Position numbers and translations under genes: made by a program. Positions 1 to 8,604 of a DNA stretch of 14,558 bases are shown one piece after another. Position 1 is the stretch's first letter, and each line of letters starts with the position of its first letter. The notes beneath the pieces are model-generated. The model was not told the DNA's origin, made no database searches, and saw only the letters and a list, made by a program, of their open reading frames with translations. This DNA is from Candidatus Thorarchaeota archaeon. GTDB taxonomy: Archaea; Asgardarchaeota; Thorarchaeia; Thorarchaeales; Thorarchaeaceae. Location: assembly GCA_016839605.1 (NCBI GenBank), contig JAEOTX010000189.1, positions 1 through 14,558 on the forward strand, given 5' to 3'.

Positions 1-6
1 AAAAAA
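1..6 (-). terminator. Oligo-T (TTTTTT) archaeal-type terminator downstream of the HTH gene
   Basis: The A6 run at 1-6 reads T6 on the minus strand, about 33 nt after the TAG stop at 40; it may extend past the window edge. Confidence 0.5.
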
Positions 7-39
7 GGTTCATAGAAGAGCAGCCTGTCCAGGTAGGAT

Positions 40-357
40 CTATTCAGGAAGCTCTTCTATGACTGATTTCATTATGTTTCTGTATCTATTGAATGCCTTA
101 CGACCTGCATCAGTCAGACTCAGGGTCGTCCTTGGTTTCTTCTCTACGAAATCCTTCTTGGCCAGGACATATCCTGCCTTCTCGAGTTTCGTCAGATGAG
201 AGGAGAGGTTCCCCCACGTGAAGCCCAACTGCTTCATGAGGAATGTATAGTCGGCAGATTTCACTACATAGAGCTGGGCCATTATCTTAAGCCGAGAGGG
301 CTCATGGATAACCCTGTCGATCTCTGGGTCTGCATCAGGTTCATTCTTCTTGCTCAT
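40..357 (-). CDS. Winged helix-turn-helix transcriptional regulator (HTH_34 / ArsR-MarR-like)
   Basis: Motifs DRVIHEPSRLKIM, GNLSSHLTKLEKAGYV and KPRTTLSLTDAGRKAF. The ATG at 357 has GGGGG just upstream and overlaps the end of the upstream membrane gene, suggesting coupling. Confidence 0.9.
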   Translation of the reverse strand: MSKKNEPDADPEIDRVIHEPSRLKIMAQLYVVKSADYTFLMKQLGFTWGNLSSHLTKLEKAGYVLAKKDFVEKKPRTTLSLTDAGRKAFNRYRNIMKSVIEELPE

Positions 358-973
358 AGCCCCCAACTTCCGTTTCGAGAACTGGGTACTTACGGATGAA
401 GTGTACCATGCTGGTTATGCCTGCTAGGGTCAGTATCCCCCCTGAGAGAGTCATGAATGCGGACATTCCTACTGCAGGGTGTTGAAGCGGCAGCAGAAAG
501 ACAAACACACCCAAGATCACTGTGGCCAGACCAAAGCCGTAGTATCTCTTTAGACCTGACCTCTCTACCAGATATGCTGCGGGTTTCAGGAACGAAACAC
601 CAACCAGCAGGGGAGCCCAGGTTGCAATGAGATGGACAATCTCATGGTCAACTCTGATTGAGATCATTGCTGCAGATATTGCAACTATCAGAATGATTGC
701 GAATGTGATCCATGCAACACCAGAGGGTATCTCACTCTCATCGTGTAGTTTGACCACACCTATTCGGGGATAGGTGTACTTCTCTTTGATTCGTTCTGTA
801 ACGGCGACTTGAAAAATAATGATTAGGGCAATGTAGGGGACAAAGACCGGATTCACCAGTAGTAGTCCAATTGCCATTATCATAAGCCCCATCCAGAACT
901 CTGTGAGTCCGTCTTGGTTCGCGGTTCTGAAAGTTGCTTGTTCCAGTTTTTCCAGATCAATATCTTCGTTCAT
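341..973 (-). CDS. Multi-pass membrane protein of unknown function, co-transcribed with the HTH regulator
   Basis: About 6 hydrophobic segments and a KEKYTYPRIGVVK loop. ATG at 973 is preferred over TTG at 985. Confidence 0.8.
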   Translation of the reverse strand: MNEDIDLEKLEQATFRTANQDGLTEFWMGLMIMAIGLLLVNPVFVPYIALIIIFQVAVTERIKEKYTYPRIGVVKLHDESEIPSGVAWITFAIILIVAISAAMISIRVDHEIVHLIATWAPLLVGVSFLKPAAYLVERSGLKRYYGFGLATVILGVFVFLLPLQHPAVGMSAFMTLSGGILTLAGITSMVHFIRKYPVLETEVGGYEQEE

Positions 974-991
974 TATAGTACTCAACTTCGT

Positions 992-1021
992 AAAGTTCTT
1001 TGCAGTACAAAGTACTTTGCA
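992..1021. promoter_or_regulatory. Palindromic operator, probably bound by the downstream HTH regulator
   Basis: AAAGTTCTTTG-N5-CAAAGTACTTT inverted repeat (10/11 match). It includes the perfect 12-bp palindrome CAAAGTACTTTG (1008-1019) and lies between the TATA box and the start codon. Confidence 0.75.
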
Positions 1022-1023
1022 TT

Positions 1024-1038
1024 AATATTAAGCTTTCG
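1024..1038 (-). promoter_or_regulatory. Archaeal BRE + TATA promoter for the membrane protein/HTH operon
   Basis: Minus strand reads CGAAAG-C-TTAATATT, a purine-rich BRE directly followed by a TATA-like box. Confidence 0.65.
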
Positions 1039-1104
1039 TTCTGCGCTTCAAGATTCGGTTCAGAAAGAAATGCAATCCCCACCGTTATGAAGTGAGATTT
1101 CGAT

Positions 1105-1314
1105 TTAGAGATAATTCCACCAATATAGCGCTGCAAGAAGGCTCTGTATTTCCTTGTCGGAAAATTCGGAGAGTAGGAGCTCCATGAACTCTCGAGAACT
1201 CACACGAAAAGCATCAATGCATTTCTGCAGAACTACCTCTGCTTCATCATGCCTCTTACTGCTGAATAACATTCTCACTTCTTTTTGATGGGAAATGAAC
1301 TCAGATTCGTCCAT
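1105..1314 (-). CDS. Small hypothetical protein (69 aa, helical-looking)
   Basis: Occupies otherwise empty space. TATAAG at 1343-1338 lies 23 nt before the ATG, consistent with a leaderless mRNA. Confidence 0.5.
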   Translation of the reverse strand: MDESEFISHQKEVRMLFSSKRHDEAEVVLQKCIDAFRVSSREFMELLLSEFSDKEIQSLLAALYWWNYL

Positions 1315-1485
1315 TGCTTGGAATCAAAACACCAGAGCTTATACAGATTCCGACTTTGCAGCTGGAAAATCCCAATTCTCAGTCAGCAAGTCTGTATCAC
1401 ACAGGAAACACAGCTTCTCAAGTTCAGTATTTTCTCACTAAACACACCGAATTTATTGAGAGAAGAAGATACTGGAGGCAATCTA

Positions 1486-2001
1486 ATGGTCTTGAGATGC
1501 AGCAGGTGCGGCTCAACTGAAAAAGTCCAGCTCGTATACGACTCTTTCTCAGAAGAAGGTAAGCACAGATGTCGCGACTGTGTTAACCAGCTCTTCAAAC
1601 ATGGATCGCATGTTGTCAAGTTCACTGACATGTCACATCCACATCGTCCAGCGTATTATCTGAACTTAGAGTCAGAGGAGGATTTGGACCTGGTATTGAC
1701 TTTGGGAAGGCGCGCTCAGAAGTTCAGAGCTAAGGGTTTCCAAGCGAGCTTCTTCAAGGCACACGAAAAAGGAAGACGCATAGGTCTGGTTTCAATGTCC
1801 CTAGGACAAATGAACAGTATCATTCAGCTTCGTGGACACGTGGATAAATTGAGAATGTGGATGGAAACATCAAGTGTAATTGAAAAGGAAAAGCAGCGGA
1901 ATGATCGGTCCAATGACGATGACATGCCAGCTCTATTCTCACCGATAAATCCGCCAAAGCTGGAGTGGGCTCTCTCTGTAGAAACCACCAACGTCAAATG
2001 A
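1486..2001 (+). CDS. Hypothetical protein with an N-terminal C4 zinc finger (171 aa)
   Basis: GGAGG SD at 1474-1478 precedes the ATG at 1486, and the protein has CSRC...CRDC. The longer ORF-track start at 1285 overlaps the opposite gene. Confidence 0.7.
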   Translation: MVLRCSRCGSTEKVQLVYDSFSEEGKHRCRDCVNQLFKHGSHVVKFTDMSHPHRPAYYLNLESEEDLDLVLTLGRRAQKFRAKGFQASFFKAHEKGRRIGLVSMSLGQMNSIIQLRGHVDKLRMWMETSSVIEKEKQRNDRSNDDDMPALFSPINPPKLEWALSVETTNVK

Positions 2002-2062
2002 GCGAGATTAGTATAGTCATAGACAGCCAATTTGCTTAGTGGTCGAAAGGGAACATGCTGCG

Positions 2063-2851
2063 ATGATTGAGAATGAGCACTCACGTAAGCACGAAGATAG
2101 AATCAATACTACAGAGAGAGATAGCCCACTGAAAGCCCTTCCATACAGAGACAGTGTAATATTCCCAGACAACGAAAAGCACTTTCTTGCTGTAGGAATT
2201 GGAGATCGCGTGGTTGTGAGAGAGCTTTGTGAATATCCAATCAATTGGGAAACGAAAAACCTGCTAGCAATGACAAGCGCTGCAGTCGAGCGACTAGGAG
2301 ATGCGCCAGACTCGCTCTGGAAACATAGAGCACAGATAAATTGTCTACTTGACCTTCGTGTCTATTTGCCATGTTATCGAGGACTCAATTCGAGTATAGT
2401 ACCAATACTCCGTGCTGGTTTGGCTGAATCAGAATATGGGAATCTTAGGGCGTTCATCCGGGGGGAACTCACCAGATTATTGAAAGAACAAGTGTTGCAG
2501 GGCGGGCCAACTCATTTCTTTGACATCAATGAAATGCAGGAGATACCAGAACTAGCAGTACATGTACCAAGAATCCTCGAGTTGAGGAAGAAGGAGATTC
2601 AAGGGGTCACGTTAATAGATAGAGATGGTGTCATAGACCTCAGATCGATAATCATGACTGCATGGGGCTTTGAGCTAGTGCATGCTTTGGGATTGGGACT
2701 TGAAACTGATGCGGAGGGGTGTGATGCGATTCAGAGAAAGCTGTACGAGCTCGATTTGGAGGTTAAGATCTCAACAAACGAAGGTGACACGTCACACTTA
2801 GCAAGAATGGGTATTGGTCTCAGTCAATACATCAAATCCCTATTCAAGTAG
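2063..2851 (+). CDS. Hypothetical protein resembling the non-repeat domain associated with archaeal 'IDLSPL' LRR proteins
   Basis: Long ORF with GGPTHFFD and IDLRSIIMTAWGFELVHALGLGL segments. The start (2039 GTG or 2063 ATG) is uncertain, and the family resemblance is from recall only. Confidence 0.65.
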   Translation: MIENEHSRKHEDRINTTERDSPLKALPYRDSVIFPDNEKHFLAVGIGDRVVVRELCEYPINWETKNLLAMTSAAVERLGDAPDSLWKHRAQINCLLDLRVYLPCYRGLNSSIVPILRAGLAESEYGNLRAFIRGELTRLLKEQVLQGGPTHFFDINEMQEIPELAVHVPRILELRKKEIQGVTLIDRDGVIDLRSIIMTAWGFELVHALGLGLETDAEGCDAIQRKLYELDLEVKISTNEGDTSHLARMGIGLSQYIKSLFK

Positions 2852-2941
2852 AGAAATTGATTCTTCTAGTCTTGCATTTCCGAAACTCTAATTGCTGCGA
2901 TGCTCCTCGAAACTCTACTGCTACAATCGGGAGCAAAGTTG

Positions 2942-3550
2942 ATGTCTGAAGTCGAGCTAGTATTCACCACCACTGCAGGTTGGCAACAATATCTCCCTCT
3001 GAAACGAGAGGAGAATATGCTTGACGTGATTGCATCAGATCATGACATCAAATCAATCGATCTTGAGCCACTGAGATTTTGCGAAGATGTGAGAAGTGTA
3101 GATTTGAGCGGCAACAAGATCGAACATATTGATCTCAGTCCACTAGAGTCTTCGAAGAGTCTAGAGTCAGTCGTTCTTTACGGGAATCAGTTGAAATCAA
3201 TAGACCTCAGCCCGCTAGATGGAGCCTCCAAGTTGAAGGATCTTTGGCTCTTTGAGAACAACCTAGAAACGATTGATCTTGCGTCGTTGGGCTCGTGTAT
3301 GAGTCTGAGTTGGCTATCCGTTGCACACAATAGGTTGGTTACTCTCAATCTCGGTCACCTTCAAGCGTGCGGGAACCTACGCTTCCTAGCACTCGAGTTT
3401 AATTTCTTCTCCGAACTCAATGTCACACCCCTTCTTAGATGCCCTAAGCTCTCCGAGTTCAGTGTGGATCCCGGTGTCATTCTATATGCCAGTTCAATCC
3501 CTCTTGATATTGGTGTGGACCATGCCCTTGCTCATCTAGTGCGAAGATAA
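2942..3550 (+). CDS. Leucine-rich repeat protein (about 6 repeats of 24 aa)
   Basis: IDLEPL/IDLSPL/IDLSPL/IDLASL/LNLGHL/LNVTPL occur at exact 24-aa spacing with an LxxLxLxxNxL core. ATG 2942 is preferred; 2900 is possible. Confidence 0.9.
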   Translation: MSEVELVFTTTAGWQQYLPLKREENMLDVIASDHDIKSIDLEPLRFCEDVRSVDLSGNKIEHIDLSPLESSKSLESVVLYGNQLKSIDLSPLDGASKLKDLWLFENNLETIDLASLGSCMSLSWLSVAHNRLVTLNLGHLQACGNLRFLALEFNFFSELNVTPLLRCPKLSEFSVDPGVILYASSIPLDIGVDHALAHLVRR

Positions 3551-3671
3551 ATTCCAGCCACTTTCCAGGGACCTCCAATTTCCCAGAGGATTGATTTCCA
3601 TAATAGGTGGACACCCTAACAACTATAATTAATCACACGTGCGATTCGCTTTCCATCTGAAGGTGGGCCAA

Positions 3672-5336
3672 GTGGTAAGACAAATCGCTCTTGATTTCGC
3701 ATTCCGTGAGAAAGGCAAGAAACTGGTTGTTGAAGACGAAGATGTCGGCTTGGCGATGGCAGTTGTCTTAGCGGAGTCAAATAGAAAGGCGAAGTCCAAG
3801 ATAACCCATATAGCTCCAGTATCTTTTCCATACTGGATTGTGCAGGTCTCTGATACAGACTCTATTCTGTTGTCTGCTATTGGGGAGTCGTCAGTAACTC
3901 TTGAGCTGAGTGAGAACACTGCAATAGGCCCTGTTCGAAGGATCATCAGCAATGAAACCAGTGAAATCAAGGATATCCCTGAAGCAATCGAAAAAGCCCT
4001 TCCTCTATTGAGAGAAATTGAGCCAAGAGTCCACCATATCAAAAACCTTCAGCAACCGGAGATCATTGTCGCACAAAGCAAGAGGTATGTTGAGGTAGAC
4101 CCTAATGCAGACCTTAACGCCCTTGAGATGAAACTGGACTCTCAGACTGCACTAAGTGTGAGTGAAGAGTTTCAAGTTCTTGTGGAAGATGCAGCCACCA
4201 GACTAGACAATATTGAAGAGCTGCACAGGTTGACAAAGGAGAAGCTTACCGACCGTCTTAATGCACTAGAGAATGTGATGGCGGCAGAATTGACTCGGTG
4301 GGAGAAGAGATACGGAACACAAGAGCAGTCTTCTGAGCTGAAGATGGAGAGTCTTAATGAAAGACTGTCTGATAAGATCTACAGGATTAAGGACAGAAGA
4401 AAAAAGGATGAGAAGACACTAGTTGCAGATTTTGTACGTGAAACAACCGAGCTTGAGAGATTCTTTGCAAAAATCATGCAGGATATCAAAGTCACCAGAG
4501 GTGACATGGCTGCAAAAGCTGTGGATATTCAGGAAGCTGTGGATCTGTTTAGGTCCTTAATCAGCGGACTCACAGACACTGTTCGTACATTCGATGATGT
4601 TGCCGACTCATTGAGTGATTATGCAGACGCATCTCTCCAGAAAGCGCTTGATTACGATGATGCAGTTGCTGCCCAAATCCAAGAAGAAGAAGAATCCACT
4701 GACACTCAAATTTCAGAGCTACAATCCAAAATGATGGACCTCAAGAAAGAGATGGATGAAAAGAACGCCGAACTGAATGAGATGAAGAGAAATGTTACTG
4801 AAGCTGTGGATAGAATTGATGGGTTGGTTGAGAAGCGGCTCGAGGACCTTCAGATAGAACTTCAAAATATATCGCATTTGACGTTCGATAATAACTCCAT
4901 CAGAAACTTAGCACCCCTTACACTAGTGAATATCATGACGTATGTTGTCACCTACAACAAAGGAAAACCAATTGTAATTACTCCTATGATGATTCCGAAG
5001 GACAGGTTTGGCCTGCCTTGTGAACATGAGCCACTCGACAGTGATCTTAACAGGTTTATCCAGAAGTCGATGAAGAAACTTTACAAAGATAGTCCATCAT
5101 TTAAAACAGCCCTTGAAAAGGCATGTGCAGCGGGGAATGTGTTCCAGAATCCTGAGTCTGCTAAGATTTTCAATTCGGGTCTTGATAGACTCTGGACAAG
5201 ACAACTTCTGAAGGAAGGAGTCAAGGAGACTCTGAAACCATTATTCACCAAGCTCGTTGGTAAGTGTCATAAATGCTGGGCGGACATAGGCACTTCAGGT
5301 AAGTTTTGTCCTGAGTGCGGAGTGTCTCTGCTATAA
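3672..5336 (+). CDS. Long coiled-coil protein with a C-terminal zinc ribbon
   Basis: Central ~250 aa E/K/L-rich heptad-like region and terminal CHKC...CPECG. GAAGGTG SD precedes GTG 3672 and TATAATT lies near 3624. Confidence 0.85.
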   Translation: MVRQIALDFAFREKGKKLVVEDEDVGLAMAVVLAESNRKAKSKITHIAPVSFPYWIVQVSDTDSILLSAIGESSVTLELSENTAIGPVRRIISNETSEIKDIPEAIEKALPLLREIEPRVHHIKNLQQPEIIVAQSKRYVEVDPNADLNALEMKLDSQTALSVSEEFQVLVEDAATRLDNIEELHRLTKEKLTDRLNALENVMAAELTRWEKRYGTQEQSSELKMESLNERLSDKIYRIKDRRKKDEKTLVADFVRETTELERFFAKIMQDIKVTRGDMAAKAVDIQEAVDLFRSLISGLTDTVRTFDDVADSLSDYADASLQKALDYDDAVAAQIQEEEESTDTQISELQSKMMDLKKEMDEKNAELNEMKRNVTEAVDRIDGLVEKRLEDLQIELQNISHLTFDNNSIRNLAPLTLVNIMTYVVTYNKGKPIVITPMMIPKDRFGLPCEHEPLDSDLNRFIQKSMKKLYKDSPSFKTALEKACAAGNVFQNPESAKIFNSGLDRLWTRQLLKEGVKETLKPLFTKLVGKCHKCWADIGTSGKFCPECGVSLL

Positions 5337-5340
5337 GCAG

Positions 5341-5352
5341 AGGAAAAAGAAG
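5341..5352 (-). terminator. Oligo-T terminator for the 5943-5374 gene
   Basis: Minus strand reads CTTCTTTTTCCT about 22 nt after the stop, between convergent genes. Confidence 0.5.
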
Positions 5353-5373
5353 TGAAGGGGATTGGAGAATCCC

Positions 5374-5943
5374 CTATAGATTCCAATTGTATCTAAGGGT
5401 CAGTGTAATGTCTACATCCCAGACATCTGTTTTCCCACTCGCCTCAAACCAAATGACCCATGTGTATGAAGAAGCGTAGTTATACAGATCGATTCGTTGA
5501 GAGAAGGGACTTGGATAGGTCCCCTCATCAACGAGATAGGATGATAGCTCACCCCAAGTAGTTGCACCATCAACTATACTCACTGATGTTTCATAAACAG
5601 CGATATAGGCAGATACTGATACGCCGTCGGATCCAGTGTCGCGCACGTTAATGTCAAAGAGCAAATCCGGCACGGTGCTTGTTTGAACCTCACTTGAGGA
5701 CACCGAGAACCCTCCACGGTAATATGTTGGAGAGAGATCGATGTCTTGATTCTGATAGTCTGCTACTTCCCTCTCGCTATAGTCTCCGTTGCCTAATCCG
5801 GGTAGCAGCACTATAATAACTCCAGCCACGATAACGATTGCGATGACTAGACCAACAATCATCATCGTACCGCATCCTCGACCTTTCTTCGATGGCGCAG
5901 GTGGCGCTTCATAATCGCCAGGAGGTAATGGTATTTCTGTCAA
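5374..5943 (-). CDS. Single-pass membrane-anchored protein with a Pro-rich N-tail and an acidic beta-rich ectodomain
   Basis: PLPPGDYEAPPAPSKKGRG, then a TM helix (MMIVGLVIAIVIVAGVIIVLL), then a D/S/T/Y-rich domain. TTG start with AGGGG upstream and a CGAAAA-CG-GTAATAA promoter-like motif at 6008-5994. Confidence 0.8.
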   Translation of the reverse strand: MTEIPLPPGDYEAPPAPSKKGRGCGTMMIVGLVIAIVIVAGVIIVLLPGLGNGDYSEREVADYQNQDIDLSPTYYRGGFSVSSSEVQTSTVPDLLFDINVRDTGSDGVSVSAYIAVYETSVSIVDGATTWGELSSYLVDEGTYPSPFSQRIDLYNYASSYTWVIWFEASGKTDVWDVDITLTLRYNWNL

Positions 5944-6032
5944 AGTTCATTCCCCTAAGAAATGTACAAGGTGTCTCTAGTACGCAGACCCTCTTATTAC
6001 CGTTTTCGGGTCATCCTAGGTAGAGGGCAATT

Positions 6033-7271
6033 TCACCATCCATTGATAGCAAATGAGAAGAAATCCTTGAATTCCTCAGCAAAATCACCAAGGATGATGA
6101 CATGGTGATTTGCCAATGACTCCTCCAAGAAGTATGTCACTGGCTCTTGTAGCTTCACGCGTATCTGAGTTCTGCACCCAGTCTCGTTCTCAAGATTCTC
6201 TACTACTTCTCCCCCAGAAACCCAATAGCAAGCGAGGTCATCCCCAGAAACCTTCAGAACTGTAACACTTTGCGGAGCGATTGTTCCTCTGACACCAAGA
6301 CTCATTCCTGTCTCATAGTGTGTCATTATTCTGTAATCTGTAGCGATAGAAGTAGGGAGTGTGCAGTGCGCAAATGTAGCAATGTTTGATACTGCATCGA
6401 CGTCAGAGACATTCGCCATAAATACTGGCTTTTGAGTCACATGTTTTGCCAGTAGCATTGTGAATGTAGATGGGATATCACCCTCACATCCAGCAGCGAA
6501 AAGAGGTCGCTCATTGAGTGTGGAGAGAGCATAGCATCCTGAGACCTTTGTCTGCTTCAGAAGATCGAAGCATTCCAATGTTACCGCATTCAATTCCTCT
6601 GATTCAACAATAAGTGATACCCGCTGAGCAACTCGTGCAGCTTTCTCAGCCTCCTCTTCAGAAATATCAATACTGGATGCCCTGTTCAGGAATTCCTTGA
6701 GCTGACTCTGAGATTCTCCGCTTAGGTCTGGCGTAACGTTATTGAGAAGAAAATCCATTGGTAAGCGTTCGATAGTCAGTCCCCAGCGGCGTTTCACTGA
6801 AGCATCGTCCACACCAGAAGCAATCAACCAATGAGAGGACTTTCCAATGATCCCCAAGGTGCTTTCTCCAATCCTTTCAATAATGGCTGCATACTGCGCA
6901 CGAATCTGAAGTTGTTCAGCCAAATCAACTAATGAATAGTGGACTATCCTCGACGCTAATCCTTGATGTTCCAAAGATGCACGAGTTTCCATTGCAGCAG
7001 GCAGGGAATTATTCAGGTTATGACTGAGAAGGATGATTGTATGAGGCAATTTGACTTTGCTTACGAAATCATCAATGAGATTCTCCGTGCCCCCTGAACC
7101 AACTAGAATGTATATTTGGCCTCGGACGCGTTCTGGTTCAATCTGCAGCATTGTAGTATAATCTTCAGGCATCAGAATTTCGACATCAGCAATCTTCATC
7201 TTCTCGAGAACAACATCACGGAGGCCCTCAGGTGTCAAAGGAGAGAAGAATGGTATGACTTTGATTGCCAT
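6033..7271 (-). CDS. L-fucose/L-arabinose isomerase family protein
   Basis: LECF, GCEGD, AHCT, CRTQ and NHH motifs match the E/E/H/H metal-ligand layout of the AraA/FucI-like fold. The substrate cannot be determined from sequence. Confidence 0.8.
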   Translation of the reverse strand: MAIKVIPFFSPLTPEGLRDVVLEKMKIADVEILMPEDYTTMLQIEPERVRGQIYILVGSGGTENLIDDFVSKVKLPHTIILLSHNLNNSLPAAMETRASLEHQGLASRIVHYSLVDLAEQLQIRAQYAAIIERIGESTLGIIGKSSHWLIASGVDDASVKRRWGLTIERLPMDFLLNNVTPDLSGESQSQLKEFLNRASSIDISEEEAEKAARVAQRVSLIVESEELNAVTLECFDLLKQTKVSGCYALSTLNERPLFAAGCEGDIPSTFTMLLAKHVTQKPVFMANVSDVDAVSNIATFAHCTLPTSIATDYRIMTHYETGMSLGVRGTIAPQSVTVLKVSGDDLACYWVSGGEVVENLENETGCRTQIRVKLQEPVTYFLEESLANHHVIILGDFAEEFKDFFSFAINGW

Positions 7272-7317
7272 GGACTACATCGGCAGAGGAGTACCATATT
7301 AGTGTGAAGGGTTGAGG

Positions 7318-7971
7318 TTATGGGGGGTTCCGTGCACGCGCCAATGCATCGATGACCTCATCGTCAGGTGCGTCATACCAGTTCTCGTAGGCATTTGCCA
7401 CTGCGAATACGAACCCCGATTCAACACGAGGACAAACAAACCGATCAACTACTTGGCTGATTTTTGACGCTGCGCTAGATGATGATGTAGGGACTGCAGC
7501 GGATATGCTCTTGGGTTTTGATTCTCGCACAGACTGAATGGCTGCGAGCATTGTATAGCCGGATGCAAGACCGTCATCTACAATGATGACGTTTCGGTCT
7601 TGGGGAACATAGAGGCCAGCCAAGTCTGCGTAAGCCTCTCTCCTTTCTGCAATCTGTGCTTCCGTCTTTTTTCGAACTGTATTGATGTCATCCTCGGTCA
7701 GCCCAATACGTTTCACCAAGGCATCGTTCAGCATCATTGTGCCAAATGAAGTCAGAGAACCGAATCCTGCTTCAGGATTATGAGGTATCTGTAGCTTCCT
7801 CACAATAATGACATCCAAATCAGCTTCGAAAGCTTCAGCAATGGGAAGTGCTACTGCAACTCCTCCATTTGGAATTGCAAGGACAAGGGCTTTGCCTACC
7901 CATTCTTCTTTCTTCAACTCTTCAACAAGGACGTGACCTGCATGAGTGCGATCACGATACGACCAGGACAC
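7318..7971 (-). CDS. Type I phosphoribosyltransferase family protein
   Basis: PRPP-binding loop VIIVDDGLASGYT plus N-terminal YRDRTHAG and LAIPNGGV. GGTGA SD precedes the GTG start. Confidence 0.9.
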   Translation of the reverse strand: MSWSYRDRTHAGHVLVEELKKEEWVGKALVLAIPNGGVAVALPIAEAFEADLDVIIVRKLQIPHNPEAGFGSLTSFGTMMLNDALVKRIGLTEDDINTVRKKTEAQIAERREAYADLAGLYVPQDRNVIIVDDGLASGYTMLAAIQSVRESKPKSISAAVPTSSSSAASKISQVVDRFVCPRVESGFVFAVANAYENWYDAPDDEVIDALARARNPP

Positions 7972-8041
7972 TCATTCACCCTGCCCAATGATTGAGCAGT
8001 CATATCACTTAGCAATTGTGATGGTACTAGATCTATGATGC

Positions 8042-8581
8042 CTACTTCGCACTGTTGACACAATGCGTGAGTAGGTCCCAGAGCTGCTGATTGTCTGGCA
8101 ATACCAGCAATAATCGGCTTATCAGCTCAATAGCTTCTGGGAACGCACCTCTTCGCATATAAAGAAATGACAGTTGTTGCATAGAGTGAATATTCCATGG
8201 CTTGAGCTCCAGTGACATGCGATAGGCACGCTCTGCTTCGCCAGTTCTACCGATTCGCAAGAACAAGTCGCCCCAGATTCTCCAAGTCCACGCAACTCCA
8301 GTGTCAATCTCCAACGAGCGCTCGATAGCGTGCTCCGCTGCATCATGATCACCATTCATCATATAGACCAAAGCAAAGGCGTTCCAGAATGTTGGATTCT
8401 TGGGCTCTAGCAGCATAGAGTTTATCCAAGCTCGCTCAGCCGATGCCTCATCCAATTTAACACCTGAGCCCATGGATTTCTCAGCGTCTACATTCGTTGA
8501 ACTACTCACTGACATCATCGCATGAATTGTTTTGAGGTAGTCCGCTGGTTCTGTTTCGGATTTCGCCTCAGCCTCAGACAT
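8042..8581 (-). CDS. Tetratricopeptide-repeat protein (about 3 TPRs)
   Basis: W..LA/G...G....A...(Y/I)..SL.L.P pattern at ~34-aa spacing; GTGAGG SD upstream. Confidence 0.85.
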   Translation of the reverse strand: MSEAEAKSETEPADYLKTIHAMMSVSSSTNVDAEKSMGSGVKLDEASAERAWINSMLLEPKNPTFWNAFALVYMMNGDHDAAEHAIERSLEIDTGVAWTWRIWGDLFLRIGRTGEAERAYRMSLELKPWNIHSMQQLSFLYMRRGAFPEAIELISRLLLVLPDNQQLWDLLTHCVNSAK

Positions 8582-8604
8582 CCAATATTCCTCACACCAT
8601 TTGT

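Noticed and set aside
196-2244. ORF-track entries 196..399, 1314..1520, 1383..1631, 1824..2084 and 2017..2244
   Set aside because: They are antisense or out-of-frame shadows of better-supported genes, with no recognisable motifs.
3672-5336. SMC/Rad50 ATPase call
   Set aside because: No Walker A, Walker B or signature motif.
5820-5943. Archaeal type IV pilin (class III signal peptide)
   Set aside because: KKGRG is followed by CGT rather than a typical pilin N-terminus, and the Pro-rich tail fits an uncleaved anchor better.
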